A DNA stretch of 64,000 bases from Amoebidium appalachense. Lineage: Eukaryota > Protista > Ichthyosporea. Position 1 is the first letter of the stretch. Every line of letters begins with the position of its first letter. The position numbers were made by a program, and so were the translations under genes. The stretch covers positions 707,817-771,816 of the forward strand of contig CAVNZM010000013.1 in assembly GCA_963693365.1 (NCBI GenBank), read 5' to 3'. Shown in pieces: positions 1-33,553 of this stretch. Below the pieces are notes generated by a model. That model did no database searches, was not told where the DNA came from, and worked only from the letters and a program-made list of their open reading frames with translations.

Positions 1-146
1 GTGCGTGCGGCCATGCGAGTTAGTGAGTGAGTGAGTGAGTGAGTGTGTATTCATGTTACCTAGTTAGCATGTGTGTGCGTGAAAGTATGTGTGTGTGTGT
101 TTGGTGGTGGTGGTGGTGGTGGTGGTGGGTGGGTAGGTGGGTGGGT

Positions 147-192
<46 letters not shown>

Positions 193-291
193 TGGGGGGG
201 GGGGGGGGGGGGGGGGTGGCTATTTTTACATTGGAAGAAACAAGTGAAACAGGTGAAACTCTGGGGACGGAGGGGCCACACACGGGGGAGG

Positions 292-328
<37 letters not shown>

Positions 329-489
329 TGCGTTAGAAGGCAGGCCAACATGGAGGCTAATGGCATAAACACCTACAGAAACAAAAGAAGAATTGGACAT
401 TAAGGAGACAGTGAAAAAAAAAAACATTCATCTGACGGGGTATATGTCTCGGAGAGTGGCCCCCAAGGGGAGAGAGGGAAAAAAAAAGG

Positions 490-538
<49 letters not shown>

Positions 539-1035
539 GGTCACGAGTTTGGTAGCTGTGGCGCAAGGTGTTTTAAGTCTCTGCATGTGTGTGTGTGTAT
601 GTGTGTGTGTGCGTGTGTGTGCGTGCGTGCGTGCGTGTGTGTGTGTGTGCGCGCGTGTGTGTTTGTGTGTGTGTTTGTGTGTGCACACGTGTGTGTCTCT
701 CAGTGTATGTGTGCCTGCATGTTGTGTATGTGTCTGTGTACGCAGATACCTTAGCAGCTCGAAGAGGGGGGGATTGGAAGGGGAGGGGGGGGTTTGAATG
801 CGTCAAAAAGTACGAAGTACACAAGAACAAACGAATAACACGATGCAGAATGCAAGCCATACATAAAGTGGGGGGGGGGGGATTCAGAATGTATTACAGA
901 GTAGGGAGCACACGTCCATGGACGGACAATACACTATATACGGGGCCGAGGGGGAGGGAGGGGGGGGGGGGGGGGGGGGGCACCAGAGAGAGAGAGAGAG
1001 GGGGGGGGGGGGGGGGGGGGGGGGGGAGGGCTAAC

Positions 1036-1105
1036 CTGTCAAGCCGCAGCCAAAGAGAATAACTGCGAGGTATGATGCATCCTTACCAGCCTCCACAACT
1101 GGGAG

Positions 1106-1136
<31 letters not shown>

Positions 1137-2164
1137 AGGTTACAACCAAAACACAAAATACATCTCCGAGAATATATCCCGGAAAACAGATCACGAAATC
1201 TCGGAACACATATCTCTAAATACATGCCTCGAGATTCCGCACATGTCCCCATAATACGCAAAGTCCCTTGCAATAGGTGCCCTATGACCCACCCACTTAC
1301 AGTGTGCACATTGAATCATGGCAACGCTCGGAGCAAAATGGGGCTTTGCGCAACGATTAACATAAGATTGTAATTATGTGATCGGTCGGGGTTAGAAACT
1401 TTCTTCAACAAGAATATGACGTACGAACCCACATTCACGTAATGATATGATCGGTCGGGGTTAGGAATTTTCTTCGACAAGAGTCCGACATGCGGATCCA
1501 TATTCAGTTCGACGAATCAAACAACGGCAACCTTGCGTAAGCCTTGTGCAAAGGCCTTCCTTGCTCCGACGGGTGCCGCCGTTCAATGCAACGCTTATAC
1601 ATGAACAACATATGACCCCTCTGTGTGGTCGTTGAATCGTCTGGTGCTAACTGCAGCCTCCTTTCAGTGCATCGTGGTGATAAATTGCTTCTTGGCACAA
1701 ACCACAAGCTCAGGTGCACACAAATATACCTTTCTCATTGTATTACTTGCACACCCCCCCCCTCCCCCCCCCCCCCCCCCCACACACACACGCACCCACG
1801 TACACGCACACGCACACGCGCACACACACATCCCCCCCCCCCCCCCCCCCTTCCCCATCCCCCTCGCCCCCCTTCCCACCACCACACACAAACAAAGCAG
1901 CACCCAAAGCAAAACACATATCCCTTCCACCACAAATTTCATGTAAAATGCGCCAAAAACCCCCCTTACCTTTCCTTGCCGTTGATATCTGACCCCCCTG
2001 CCTGGCCTCCCACTCGGCCATCTCCTTACTCTTTGCGTTGACCGGTCCATCGTGTTTGGCAGGCCGGCTGGTTCTAAACCATCTGTAGGCGTGCAATGTT
2101 CAGCATGCGATGTATTGTATTAAAAAACACACACACATGCACTCGCACCGCACACGCGCGCGCG

Positions 2165-2210
<46 letters not shown>

Positions 2211-2439
2211 TGCACGCACGCCACATGCACACACACAAAACACCCACACCCACCCACACCCACACAAATGGCATACACACGCATGTACGCACCCCCCCCC
2301 CCCCCCCCCCCTGCCCCCGCGCGCACACACACAATGTATTATAGTTGGATGATGGGGAGTAGATGGCGTCGCAGGGAGGGGGGGAGGGGGGGGGGGGGAC
2401 TAGGAATGAGAACGAAATAGAACCCCCCCCCCCCCCCCC

Positions 2440-2473
<34 letters not shown>

Positions 2474-3217
2474 GGGGGGGGGGGGACAGGAAAGAAACCA
2501 CAGGAAAGAAAAGAAAAAAAGAAAAATAAAGACTGTAAAGGACCAATAGCACATTTCCTAACGCTACCCATCTTCTGTTGCAAAGCGATAAACAACACAC
2601 ATCCCAGTCTCCCCCCCTCCCCCCTCCCCCTTCCCTGAATCCAGGGCCTCTATCCCTTCAGTCACTCCTGTGCCCCCCCCCCCCCCCCCCACACACACAC
2701 CCCTCCGCCCTTTATGTCCTCCACCTTCTCCCCCTTACAAACCATCCCTCTCCCCTCCCTGTTCCCCCTTCCCGCCCCCCGCCCCCTCCCTCCCCCTCCC
2801 GCGACCGGAAAATAAGAAAGGAAAAGAACAAGAAGAACATGAAGAAGAGAAAGGAAAAAACATGTCCAAGCACTTCCCACTTTCTCTTTTCACACCCTAC
2901 CGCACATCATTTGGGGCCAAAATGGGGCGCTGTGTGCTTGTAGGTGTGCTTGTAGGGGCAAGGCTATTTACCTGACGGTCTGTTTTGGTTGGGCAAAAGT
3001 GTGGCGCTGTGCTTGAACAAGTGCTTGAGACTCGCACCTACGAGAATCAGGGCCCGATGTAAGTGATAAGATGTAAAGGAAAGGGCGAAACTTCATAGAG
3101 TGCTGCCCTAACAGCAGTGCCCTTACAAGCCGTCATAGAGCCCCCCCCCCCCCCCCCCCCCCCTCCCCCCGCCCCTCCCCCTGTGTGTGTGTGGGGGGGG
3201 GGGGGGGGGAGGGGGGG

Positions 3218-3316
<99 letters not shown>

Positions 3317-3411
3317 AGGGAGGGAGGGAGGAAGAGAAAGGGAGGGAGGGAGGGAGGGAGGGAGGGGGGAAGGAGAGAGAGAACAAGAGAGGGGGGGGGG
3401 GGGGGGGGGGG

Positions 3412-3452
<41 letters not shown>

Positions 3453-3932
3453 TGTGTGTGTGTGTGTGTGTGTGAAACAGGAGGGTGGGAGAGGGAGGGA
3501 TGGGAGGGGGGAGGAAGGGAGGGAGAAAGGGTAATGGGAAAAGGATGGGAGAGAAAGAAATATAAGGAGAGCGAGGAAAAAAGAGTGGATGTGAGCAGAA
3601 TGAAGAAAGTTCTTTCTGCCTGTAACTGTGGCCAAGGAGTTTTTGTCAAGAATGTAGATGTGGCGTTTGTGCAAGTGTCAAACAAGGGATTGTAAAACAA
3701 AACAGCTTTAAGCAAAACTATGTTAAGCAACAACGCAAATTTTTCACGCGTGTAAAAAAACATGAACACCAGGTTGAACGATGATGTCGTTGACTAGACT
3801 TTGTAAACGATGCCAGTGTATGTATGGTCTCTTTCCAAATTGCAGGTACCTTATGATTGCCGTGTGCTTGCGAGCAAGAAGAAGCGCGGGCTGCGCGTGC
3901 AAGCCCATGCGCGCTAACCTTGGAGCAAACAT
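1036..3932 (-). CDS. TIM21: TIM21-like mitochondrial inner-membrane import protein, 5' exons only (3' exons not resolved, probably off the left edge)
   Basis: Phase-compatible GT-AG exons 3932-3850 (MFAPRLARMGLHAQPALLLARKHTAIIR, Arg-rich presequence-like), 3037-2972, 2082-1970, 1098-1036. The spliced product reads ...ISTARKVVEAGKDASYLAVILFGCGLTG, matching the Tim21 pre-TM/TM motif (human [23 protein letters not shown], from memory). Confidence 0.7.
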
Positions 3933-4766
3933 CCTAGTTAGCCTCTGCAATACAAACTAGGTTAAACTTTCCTCCCTTCTCTTCTTCTTGTCGCTTTTAA
4001 AAATGCCAAACTGATTATCTTGTCCACAAGTTTTTTACACGCGGCTCCTGTAACGCCCCACTTATATATGTGGCTCATGGTGCGCCTTACGTAAGTAGCC
4101 CCATTTGATTGGTGTACAGGGCATCTTTAAAGATTTCAAACCCTGGTCGCTTTAGCTAACCTCGCTCAAGGTTATCGATATCAATATGGTCAACATCCAA
4201 GGCTTTGCAAGTGTTAGAGGCTAACAGGCTCAGAATTTTGGTACAGTTTTAGCAGTGCCCATGGGCCACCTGAGTATTATTTGCACATCTTCTGCAATTA
4301 CCTGATCCTCTTGCACATATGCAGGTACACAGCGAAATTGCCCTAGGGAACATCACCGCGATTGGGGTGTGAACATCACATTGCCAACGTGCACATTGAC
4401 TATCGCAGACGATGCATCGACCGGGCAGATAGGAAATGCAGGAAAGTAAGTGAGGGTCCTGGACATGGCAAGAGGCGCCACTAGCTCGTACTAACTAGCT
4501 TACAGCAATGAAGATGCTACCTCAACTCCGTATTTCACAATAACATATTCTTATGCAAACCGTGCACATTTTGAAAGGTGCCAATGTTAACTCGATCATA
4601 TAGGCATTAACCCTATGGGGGCGGGGGGGGGGGGGGGGGGGGGGGGGGTTTACTGATACGGCGCACAATATTCATTGGTCGGTCAAGGTCCTGCCCTGCC
4701 GTTTATGTTGCTTCTACAACAAGGCCTCCGTTGTATCTAGGAGGCCTTGTTCTACAGCCAACTCCC

Positions 4767-4844
<78 letters not shown>

Positions 4845-5634
4845 TCCTCAGGTCGTCTAAAACAAAACATGGTGGTGTGCAGGCTTGAGCTCTGCACAGG
4901 GGAAACGGCCAGAAAATACAACACACACAACAACCAGAGAATACATACATTTTTCAAGCTTCCAATTCCAAACAAACATTATTCTAGTGCCTCATCTTGT
5001 GTCTAACTTGCCTGGAGCGCGTGACAGTAAATAACCGCCAATCAAATTGTCGTGGTACAGAGGTGAATGTACAACCGCGGATATCATACCATACATGAAA
5101 TGCACCATTTTGACTAATAACAATCGTCCGGCTCCCTCTTTGCCCCGCAATTCTACAGATACATGCATACATCGTGTTTCAGCCATCACTTCTCATTCTG
5201 CGGGTTGAAGCATGTGAACGAAACACATTTACGTTGTTCGCAATTTGATTTTTCTTAACACCGAATGACATGTGTATCCAAACCCAGCATACCCAAACAT
5301 GCACAAAACCCACAACACTCCTCCTCACCGTCATCCTCCCCCCCCCCTCCCCCCCCCCCCCCCCCCCCCCCCCCCCCACCATATTTAACTTCAATTCGCC
5401 TTCGTCACAACACACCCAAAAAACGGCCAATTCCACACAGAAAATATGTGCACGTCACAAAACCCAATCGTTTATAACTTTACTGTATTACTAAGTCAGA
5501 TGTTTTTCTTCGTGTACACAAAACCACACACACATCATCCAAACCACACAAAAACATGCACACATCACAACACCCAAACCACACACACAAAAAACATCAA
5601 AAACACGCAACACGTTCTGTAAAACAGTTACAAT

Positions 5635-24430
<18,796 letters not shown>

Positions 24431-25653
24431 TTTCCCGGTTCTTCCTACCACGAAAACTGGCTAGGCTAAGGCGGTAGTAGGTAAACAAATGAAGGGAAAG
24501 ATCTAAGCCCCCACCCTTTTGAATCTTGCGGGGGTTGAAACACCCAATCACTCTAGCAACGGGTCATTTTGAAGGCAGTAACCGGAGATTACCCTTAGCA
24601 GCACATATAGCTATAGCAGAGTCAGGTGTTTTCGTGGTGCATGTACAAAAAGAAGAGCTGTGATTTTGACAAAGTAAAATGCTTCTACTTTTGGCAAAGA
24701 AAGGCTGTGTCACTCAGTGGACACTGAGACCTTGCAAGGAAGTCGCCGGCTCAATTCAAGAAGCAAAGATATAAATAGTTTAGTCCTTCTAAGCGGCGTA
24801 TGACGTCAGTTTGATCAATATATGCCCAATTCAATCGCTGAGCCACGAGCCTTTGTTTGGTAGACCATTCGAAGGTCCAGCTCAGCTGCAGGGAGTCTCC
24901 AAGTGCACACACAAGAACACACACACTGTATTACACACAAACACACACAGACACACAGAGACACAGATACAGACACACACAGACACACACAGCCCACTCA
25001 TCTTCCTCTGTCCGGACCTAAAAAAGGCTGCCGAACAGCAGGCTGGGTTTGCATGGCGGAATTAAACACAACGATTTAAAAACTGGGAATAACAAACGTT
25101 GTTTATTTTTTGTTAGATTATTTATGTCTGTTCACTGGCAAGGAAGAGCTTGTAATACACAGCACTACAAACGTACATCCTACACAGTCAACACCAAAAA
25201 AACAAAACATAAGCTGCTGTTTTTGATTTGTTGTTTTTTGCGTTCTATCGTTTTATGGCTGACATCACTGGCCAGCAAAACCTAACATTCAACAACTACA
25301 ACAGCACACATACCCAAAAAAGGTTTGGTGTGGGTCGAGATACTATATTTACATTTCTTATGCAAAAGGAAGCTTTCTATTTAGGTGTCCGCGGTCTATT
25401 GAACGCAAGGCGGGTATCAAGCGAAACACATAGAAACAATAAAATATACCCACAATCAATCCGTGGAAATCCCTCACCCTCTCCGGGTGGCTATAGCTAA
25501 AACGCTAAAATTCTGAGAAATCATCGTAACGGCACTTGTTTTTCTCCATAACTTATTCATAAATTCAAAAACTCACGTACCATTGGCACATCAACCATAA
25601 TATCATAAATACTTATTAATACTGGCGACTGCTCATCCTCGCAGGGCCCACGT

Positions 25654-28365
25654 TTAATACTGGCGACCGCTCATTCTCGCAGAGCACGTAGGCCCATTTG
25701 CAGCCAAACATGCCGTCATTGTTCCCGTCGTCTGCTTGTTAACCTGCCCGGGGGGCTTGGTCGCGTTCAGGCACATGCGGACCTTTCCAGAAGCGCACTT
25801 CGTCTGATACTGGCGATGATCGGTAATATCTAGAACATCGCGCACCACTTCCCATGCGATAAGTCGGTGGAGACGTGTTGTCGGGTGGAGTGCGTCGAAG
25901 AACGCGTAGGGTTTTGTGCCGTTGCAAACAGTGAATTTGGTGGCGTCGAAGCAGGGACGGTCCTTGATGGTGAAGCCGTTTGCGGGATCGTTAACCAGCT
26001 TGTTAAAGATACCTGCAGACCCAGAGATTGTCATTAAAGTACAAGAATATAGTGTTTTTAAACCTTTAGAAAAGAAGAAGAAAAAGGAAAAATGAAAGAG
26101 AATAAGAAGTAAAGAGAGGAAACAGATCTTAATAGAGAACAAGAACAGACTTCGTGGATTCAACAGGAAGTCTTGCTGACATACCTCTAACGGGTTAAAT
26201 AATTTGTATGGGCCTTACTATAAAAGAGCATAATTCATTCAAATCTTGTCATGACAAAGAACGGCACCACCACACACATGCATGCACGCATCCATACACT
26301 CGCGCACGCACACACACCCATGCCCCCCCCCCCCCTCCCCCTGCCCCCTGTCCCCCCCCCCCTTCCCCCCCACCCCCCGCACCCCTCCTACCCGCCCACA
26401 CACACGCGCACACAGCCAATGCACACCAACAACCTAACACTGACATATGGCACAACAGAGAGGGTGTTGGAGCTTGGGAAGAATTTTTTAGCAATCACGT
26501 CTATGGAACAACAAAAAGGGTGTGTGTTGCATTCGCATTGGTCGTGCTTTGAAGGATAAGGGTGCTTTTTGTTTGTTTGTTTTTTTTGTGTGTGTGTGTG
26601 TGTGTGTGGGTGGTGGTGGGGGGGGGGGGGGGGGGGGAGGGTGGGGGGATGCAGGAAGCGGGGTTGGGGGGGGGGGGGGGAAGCTGATGGAAGGGGAGTT
26701 TGCAGGTTGGGAATTGGGGGGGAGGGGGGGGGGGAGTGAGGCGGCTGAACAAGAGGCACACTGTGTGAAGCAAAAGACCATACGAGGCAGCACATGAAAT
26801 GGCTTTCAGAGTGAGCACACAGATTACCTAACGCAAAACAGAGCCCTTTCTCAGTGGGGCCCTAAGCCATTCTATATTTAAAACTTTTGATGGGAAACAG
26901 GGTGTGTATGTAAGAGAGAGAGAGGGGGGGGGGGATCCAAGGGGAGGGGAGAGGGGGTGGGGGGGTTAGAATGTGTTCAAAGAGTAGAAGCACACATTCA
27001 GGACGGACAACACAATGTCCACCACACATCAACAGTATGCATAGTAAGCCGGGCCCACCCTCAGGAAAGGGCACAAGTTATCCTCGGCGGAGGGCGGAGG
27101 GGGGGGGGGGGGGGGGGAAGGTGTGTGTGGGGGGAGGGGGAGGGGGGTAGGGTTGAGGAGGGGGGACAAGGGGGGGGGGAGGGAGGGGGGGGGGGGGGGG
27201 GGGGGGAGGGCGCGGGGGTTGCCGGGTGGGGGGCACAAATACCGATCATGTCGACGTAATACAGCTCCACGTCAGTGGGGAACTTGGGATCATCCTCCAG
27301 ATCTACAAGCATATTTGCAACGGCATCGTTGTATCCGCTTGTTACCTGATCAACGATGGGGCCACCATTGGCCATACCCAATGGTGTTTGCCCCACAGGG
27401 GGAAGTCCGAAGACCATGATGTTCTTTCCACCGTAGCCCACGATGGAATTGACGATGCTCTTTACCTGCATGCGCAAGTTGCACGTTAGGTCTAAATGTG
27501 CATTGAATGGGGAGGCTTTATGACGGAGAGTATACATGCTCGTTATCATGAATGGTTTCTTGCTAATCAATAGAGAATTGCACGGACACAGACATCTGGA
27601 CAAGGAGATGCTCGTAGGCACCTGCGCACACAAGTTTGTTTACTTGCACACATGCACCTCCACAGCATTGACCTACTGACCATGCGCTTACACTGGTACC
27701 TGTGGTCTTGTAGGCACTGTCCATTGAGTTCCGTTTTTTTCACCATGACACAGCTGCACACAAGTACACACATCCCACGAGCTCTTACTCATGCACACAG
27801 CTCACCAGCACACGCACACGCCATCGCAAGCACATATCCCACGACCACGCGCACGCACGTGCACACACACGCACACACACGCACACAACCTCAAGTTCCA
27901 TACCTGTCCCACGAGTTGCGTGGTGTTGACCTTGAACTGTGTGTTCACATAGTCATTCCCTCCAATCCAAATCGCGTACAAGCGGTCCGGATTGCTAGCT
28001 GGGTCCGTCCCAATCATTGAACTGTGCACCTGATCGTAGAGAGAAGGCACTGGAATCTTCGCGTCTGTTATACCGCTCGGCACAAATGCATTATTGGTCG
28101 TGGCACCCCCAAAAGCATAACTGGTAAATGGGGCTCTGAGAATATCTGCGAAGTATTCAACCCAGAGAGCGCCATCGGAAAACCGGCCGGCCGTGTAGGG
28201 GGGCGAGGGGGGAACCTTCCTTCCTGTTAGTCGAAACGCGTTTCCTGTGTCTGTGAGAGAGTCACCGTATGCGAAGACTTCGGAAAAGCATGGGCATGCC
28301 CTTGGTGCGAAGTCAGCAGCGTATACTGCTGAAGCAGCCGCAAGAAGCAAGACTTGAGTCTTCAT
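25654..28365 (-). CDS. Secreted GDSL/SGNH hydrolase (lipase/acylesterase), 3 exons, about 347 aa
   Basis: Exons 28365-27904, 27465-27243, 26012-25654. Signal peptide MKTQVLLLAAASAVYA; SGNH blocks FAYGDSLTDTGN, GRFSDG..YAFGGA, IWIGGND, FFDALHPT. Confidence 0.92.
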
Positions 28366-29312
28366 TTTCCAGCTTTGTGCTGAAGTTCTCCCTGGCTACG
28401 TTTTAGATTTTGTACGTGTAAGGGAAGGAATGGGGTGCGCTATAAGCTGTGTGCCTGTATCCCTCCGTTGCCTTGTGGACAGCCAGATTTTTGCAAAACC
28501 TGTTTTCCTGTGTCTCCGTGTGCCCTTCGGAAAACAAACTGAACAGAAAACAAACAAGCAACGTGGCAAAGGGCGTGTGTGTATTTTTGAAGTTGGTCGC
28601 AATAAACTTTAGATTTCTGGAATTTTGTTCGGTCATTACTGTTTCCAAAAAGCGACCAATAGGATATTTCGAAGTTCTATGATTAGCTCACTAAAATCGA
28701 CTAATTGCACATAAATAGTTATTTGTGTTTTCATTGCTTACTATTGGTATTTAATCACGCTTCAGCTTCTTCGCAATATCTTGTATTGGAGATTTCTGAT
28801 TGGTAGCCGGCCGCATTCCCGAATCCTCGCCGGCTGTGCGGCCTGTGCCACTGTGCCAGGCTGCAGCAGTCGCGATATCGATCGGTGTGCACTCAGCAGC
28901 TGTCGACGTCCACTGGGCATCAGGGCATCACGGACACACGCGCATGCACATGTACTACTATGATACATGTGCACACAACGACACGTAGGCAGACAGTGTG
29001 CACACACACTGTCACTATTACCGGGACACGGCCGCTGCGGCGGCTCACTGCCGCGGCGTGTGTATAAAATAAAATGTTTATTTATGTTATCCACATTGAC
29101 AATACTGTCAACAAGTAGTGGCCCTTGCATCCTGCGACGTGCGCACGTGCACAGCGCCACATTTTCTCTCTCTCCATAGGATGTTTTCCCCTCGTTCCCC
29201 GTGCTACGCTTACTTAACCACCGATTTAAACTTCCTCCCCACCCACTCCTCCCGGGGTTCACCCCTTCCCCCCCGTCCCCCCCTCCCCCCTCTCGGCACA
29301 CACACACTCACA

Positions 29313-29476
<164 letters not shown>

Positions 29477-29516
29477 CTCTGTCTCTCTCTCTCTCGCTCT
29501 GCTCTCTCTTTCTCAG

Positions 29517-29549
<33 letters not shown>

Positions 29550-29616
29550 ATCTCTTCCCTCTCTCCCTCTCTCTCTCTCCCTCTCCCTCCCCCCCCTCAC
29601 TCTCTCTCTCTAGTAG

Positions 29617-29778
<162 letters not shown>

Positions 29779-29895
29779 TTTCTCTCTCTCTCTATCTATC
29801 TATCTCTCTCGTTCAGTCCCTCTCTAGATCTCTCTCTTAGCTCTAATATGCATATTAGTTAGCTATCTCTCTCTAGATGTTTTTTTTTATCCGAG

Positions 29896-30087
<192 letters not shown>

Positions 30088-30630
30088 CCGAACCCGCACA
30101 CGCACATGCACACGCACACACATACACACATACACAATGCACACACAAGCATGACACCAGTGGCCCGCACACCACGCATGTTTAGTGTCACACATACACA
30201 CATGACACTGTCACACCTGCCGCATGATGTACACACCCCACTATATAGTTTAGTATTGGTGTACGCACCATGCTACTCAGATCTGCATCATGGTAGGACT
30301 CTTGAGCCTGTGCTTCTTTTTATATTAGAGACTCGTCTATTTTCTCTACAATTGTTATGTAAATTAGCTACTTATATTCATCCTTCCTCTCGTAAACCTA
30401 CCACACTTTTCGATTTTGCCATTCTAACCCCTTCGTGTGATATTGCTTGGAAATGTTTATTTTGGCGTTGTAACCTTAGTTTCTATAAATGTTTGTGTCA
30501 CTTTTGTGCAGAACCATTTTTTTCTCGCAAACATCTAGATAAATGCATTTATTTATCTCAGGTTCTTCCGTTAGAAATTCGAAGACTAGCTTATTTAGAT
30601 AATCCTGTTATTGCTTCTATTGACTACCTG

Positions 30631-31684
30631 TTAAACCACCGTATGTTTAACGAGTTTTCTAGGGTGTATGATTATTTGAGTCGTTATCTCCTCCGTATCC
30701 GTGAGTAGGGGTTTTTGTATTTTCTTCTCTGAGATATCTGTGAAATCTCCGGCTTGCTTCTCTTTCATGAGCATATCAATAAAGTCATTATAAAAAACAA
30801 TCTGCATGGCATCGTCCTCGAACGTGCACACACACACACTCTCTCTCTCGGTCTAGTGACACAGTGTCACACACCCACACACACACATACACACACGTGT
30901 GCACAGTGATTACGACACCGTTCCCATTTGAGTTGCTGATAGGAACCTGGATAAGAGTTTTTTTTTTTTTTTTTTTTTTTTTGTGGGGGGGGGGGGGGGG
31001 GGGGGGGGGGGTTGGTTGCAGGAAAATCACGTGTTCAGGAAATTCGTACTCCCCCTAAACCCCCCGTTCAGGAAAATCACGTAACCCGTCTATATGTTGG
31101 ATACGTGATTTTCCTGGAACCCCCCCCCCCCCCCCCCCCCCTCCCCCCTGTGTATGTGTGTGTGTGTGTGTGTGTGTTGGATATGCTGATAGTTGATTAA
31201 TTAGTTTGAGTTCACTTGATTTTTTTTTCGTCAATTTTTCGATCACATTGCCATAGCTATTCACGGAGGGGTGTGTGTATGAGTGAACATATGCTATACG
31301 TATGTGGTGCTGGGCACCAGGAAAGAAATCTTATTGGGTCGAGGGAGTGGCCAATAAACGTGCAATGATCCCATCATCATCCCGTCACCAAAGCATGTTT
31401 CATGAATCGTTAACTGTGTCTGCACTGTTTTGTGTCTGTGTGTGTTTGGTCAGGGGGGGGGGGGGGGGATCATGTGATTGTTATATGTGTGACAAAACTG
31501 TGTGTATGGGGGGGGGGGGGGGGGGGGGGGGGAGGTTCAGGAGGTACCGGTGCTCGCACGTGCATGGAGACTTGGGATCGGGCAATTGCAAGGAGCATTT
31601 GCGGAACCATCATCACGATATCCCCTCGTTTCTACGGAAGATTGATGCAGCGTGCACGGCGGGCGGAAAGACAGGCCCGCGGGG

Positions 31685-31716
<32 letters not shown>

Positions 31717-32331
31717 AGGGGATGTTTTTAGGCCTGGCGTGTCCTGCTGCCACCTGCCTTGATATTAAGATCGAGAGTGTTTATTGGGTCCTTTCACCTT
31801 TCAGCTGATATATTAAAATCGCAAACTGCTGCAGCCCACATCTTGTGATTACCATCCGAGAAAAACCACTTGTAAAATAACATCGTCAGTGAGTGTAAAT
31901 CTTCTCAATCATGCTGGCCCAAATCACTTCGGTTATTTAGAGCACCATTTAAAATCTTAAAACTATATTCCAAACACCAGACTGGTCGATCAACACAACC
32001 AACTTCATGATAAAAGTTTTCAGCGAGCGTACATGGACTCTCTCTAAAATAAATCATCAATCAACTGCTACTATCATCGGAATTTCACACCACTTCTACA
32101 AAAGGACGTTAATAAACATCGTTCCCCCTTGCATCACCTCCGTTTTTATGTTATTTTCAAGTTTGCATAAACTTGAGGGTGGTAAAGCAAAAACGCTTCT
32201 GTGAAACAACCGCAGCGAATTTTCCCCAAAAAAAAAAACCACTACTCACTCTCGTACTATACAAAAAAAAAAACCAGCAATATTTCAAAAGGTGTTCGGG
32301 AGTGTGTGTGTGCGTGTGTGTTGGGGAGGCG

Positions 32332-32364
<33 letters not shown>

Positions 32365-32909
32365 GGGGGGGAGGGGGGTGGAGGGGAGGGGGGTTGAGGA
32401 GGGTAGAGAGGGATGGGGGGGGGGGGGGGTAGGAGAGGAAGGGGAGAGGGGGGAGGGGGGAGGGGGGATGGGTGAGGGCGGAAGGGGGTGTAAAATATCA
32501 TCATCAAAGTTTTTCAACTTCCACCCTCAAACCCGTTGCACAAGTTGACATAATTTCGACACAAATCGCTTGCAAGCAAAGAGCGTGGCCTGTACACTGT
32601 TTGATTCGTTGAGGGCGCGTTCTAGAACCTCGGCGTGTGAAATTTCCTCTGCCAGGGCGGGAATTGTGCACGTGATTGTGATGACGGAATGTTCCGCGTA
32701 GAAGCTGTTTGCCGACATACTGATGGTGTCGTCAGATTGGCCGTACACCCACCTGAGAGGGGGGAGGGGGCAAAAGAGAGAGAGGGGGGGGGGGGGGGGG
32801 GGAGAGGGGGGGGGGAAGGGGGCTGAGTTTGTGTGTAGGTGTGTGCACAATTCTTCCATTTTTGCTTCTTTCGTTTGTTGTGTCGTGTGTGTGACGCGCG
32901 CGCGCGCGC

Positions 32910-32959
<50 letters not shown>

Positions 32960-33049
32960 ATGTATGTGGTTGCGGCCATAGCCAGTGGCGTGTTTGGCCC
33001 TGTGAGAGCCTGTTTGCATGGAGATGTGTTGTTCGGTGCGTGTGTGTAT

Positions 33050-33080
<31 letters not shown>

Positions 33081-33512
33081 GGGAGGGGGCAGGGGGGGGA
33101 AGGGGGGGGGGGGGGGGGGGGAGATGGGGGGGGTGTATGAACCAGAACATGCTGTTGGGAGAAAGGTGGGATGAACGTATGGTATTTTTCGGTATACATG
33201 TTTTCAGCCAAAGAAGATGGGTGGGGAAGACCGTGGGACAGCTTCACTGTGTGCAACATTCTGACCTTATGGCATCTAGGCGTGTGAGTGTGTCATGTGC
33301 GTGCGTGTGCGTGACGGGCTAGTTGTGTGCTTTCACAGTGCTCATGTTGTTTAGTGTGTGTATGTGTGCTCCGGCGGAGGTCAAAACGCGCCGGGGGGGG
33401 GGGGGGGGGGGGTCGATGATCATAGTCGTTGGTGTGTGTGTGCGTGGGTGTGTCCTTGGCTCAATGTACATCTTTCGCCTCAGGAGGCTTTTCCTCTCCT
33501 CTTTCCCTCGGC

Positions 33513-33553
<41 letters not shown>

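Noticed and set aside
1617-1650. Possible extra TIM21 exon (LAPDDSTTTQR)
   Set aside because: Phase-incompatible with the upstream exon and has a weak donor; the direct 1970-to-1098 splice already gives the Tim21 motif.
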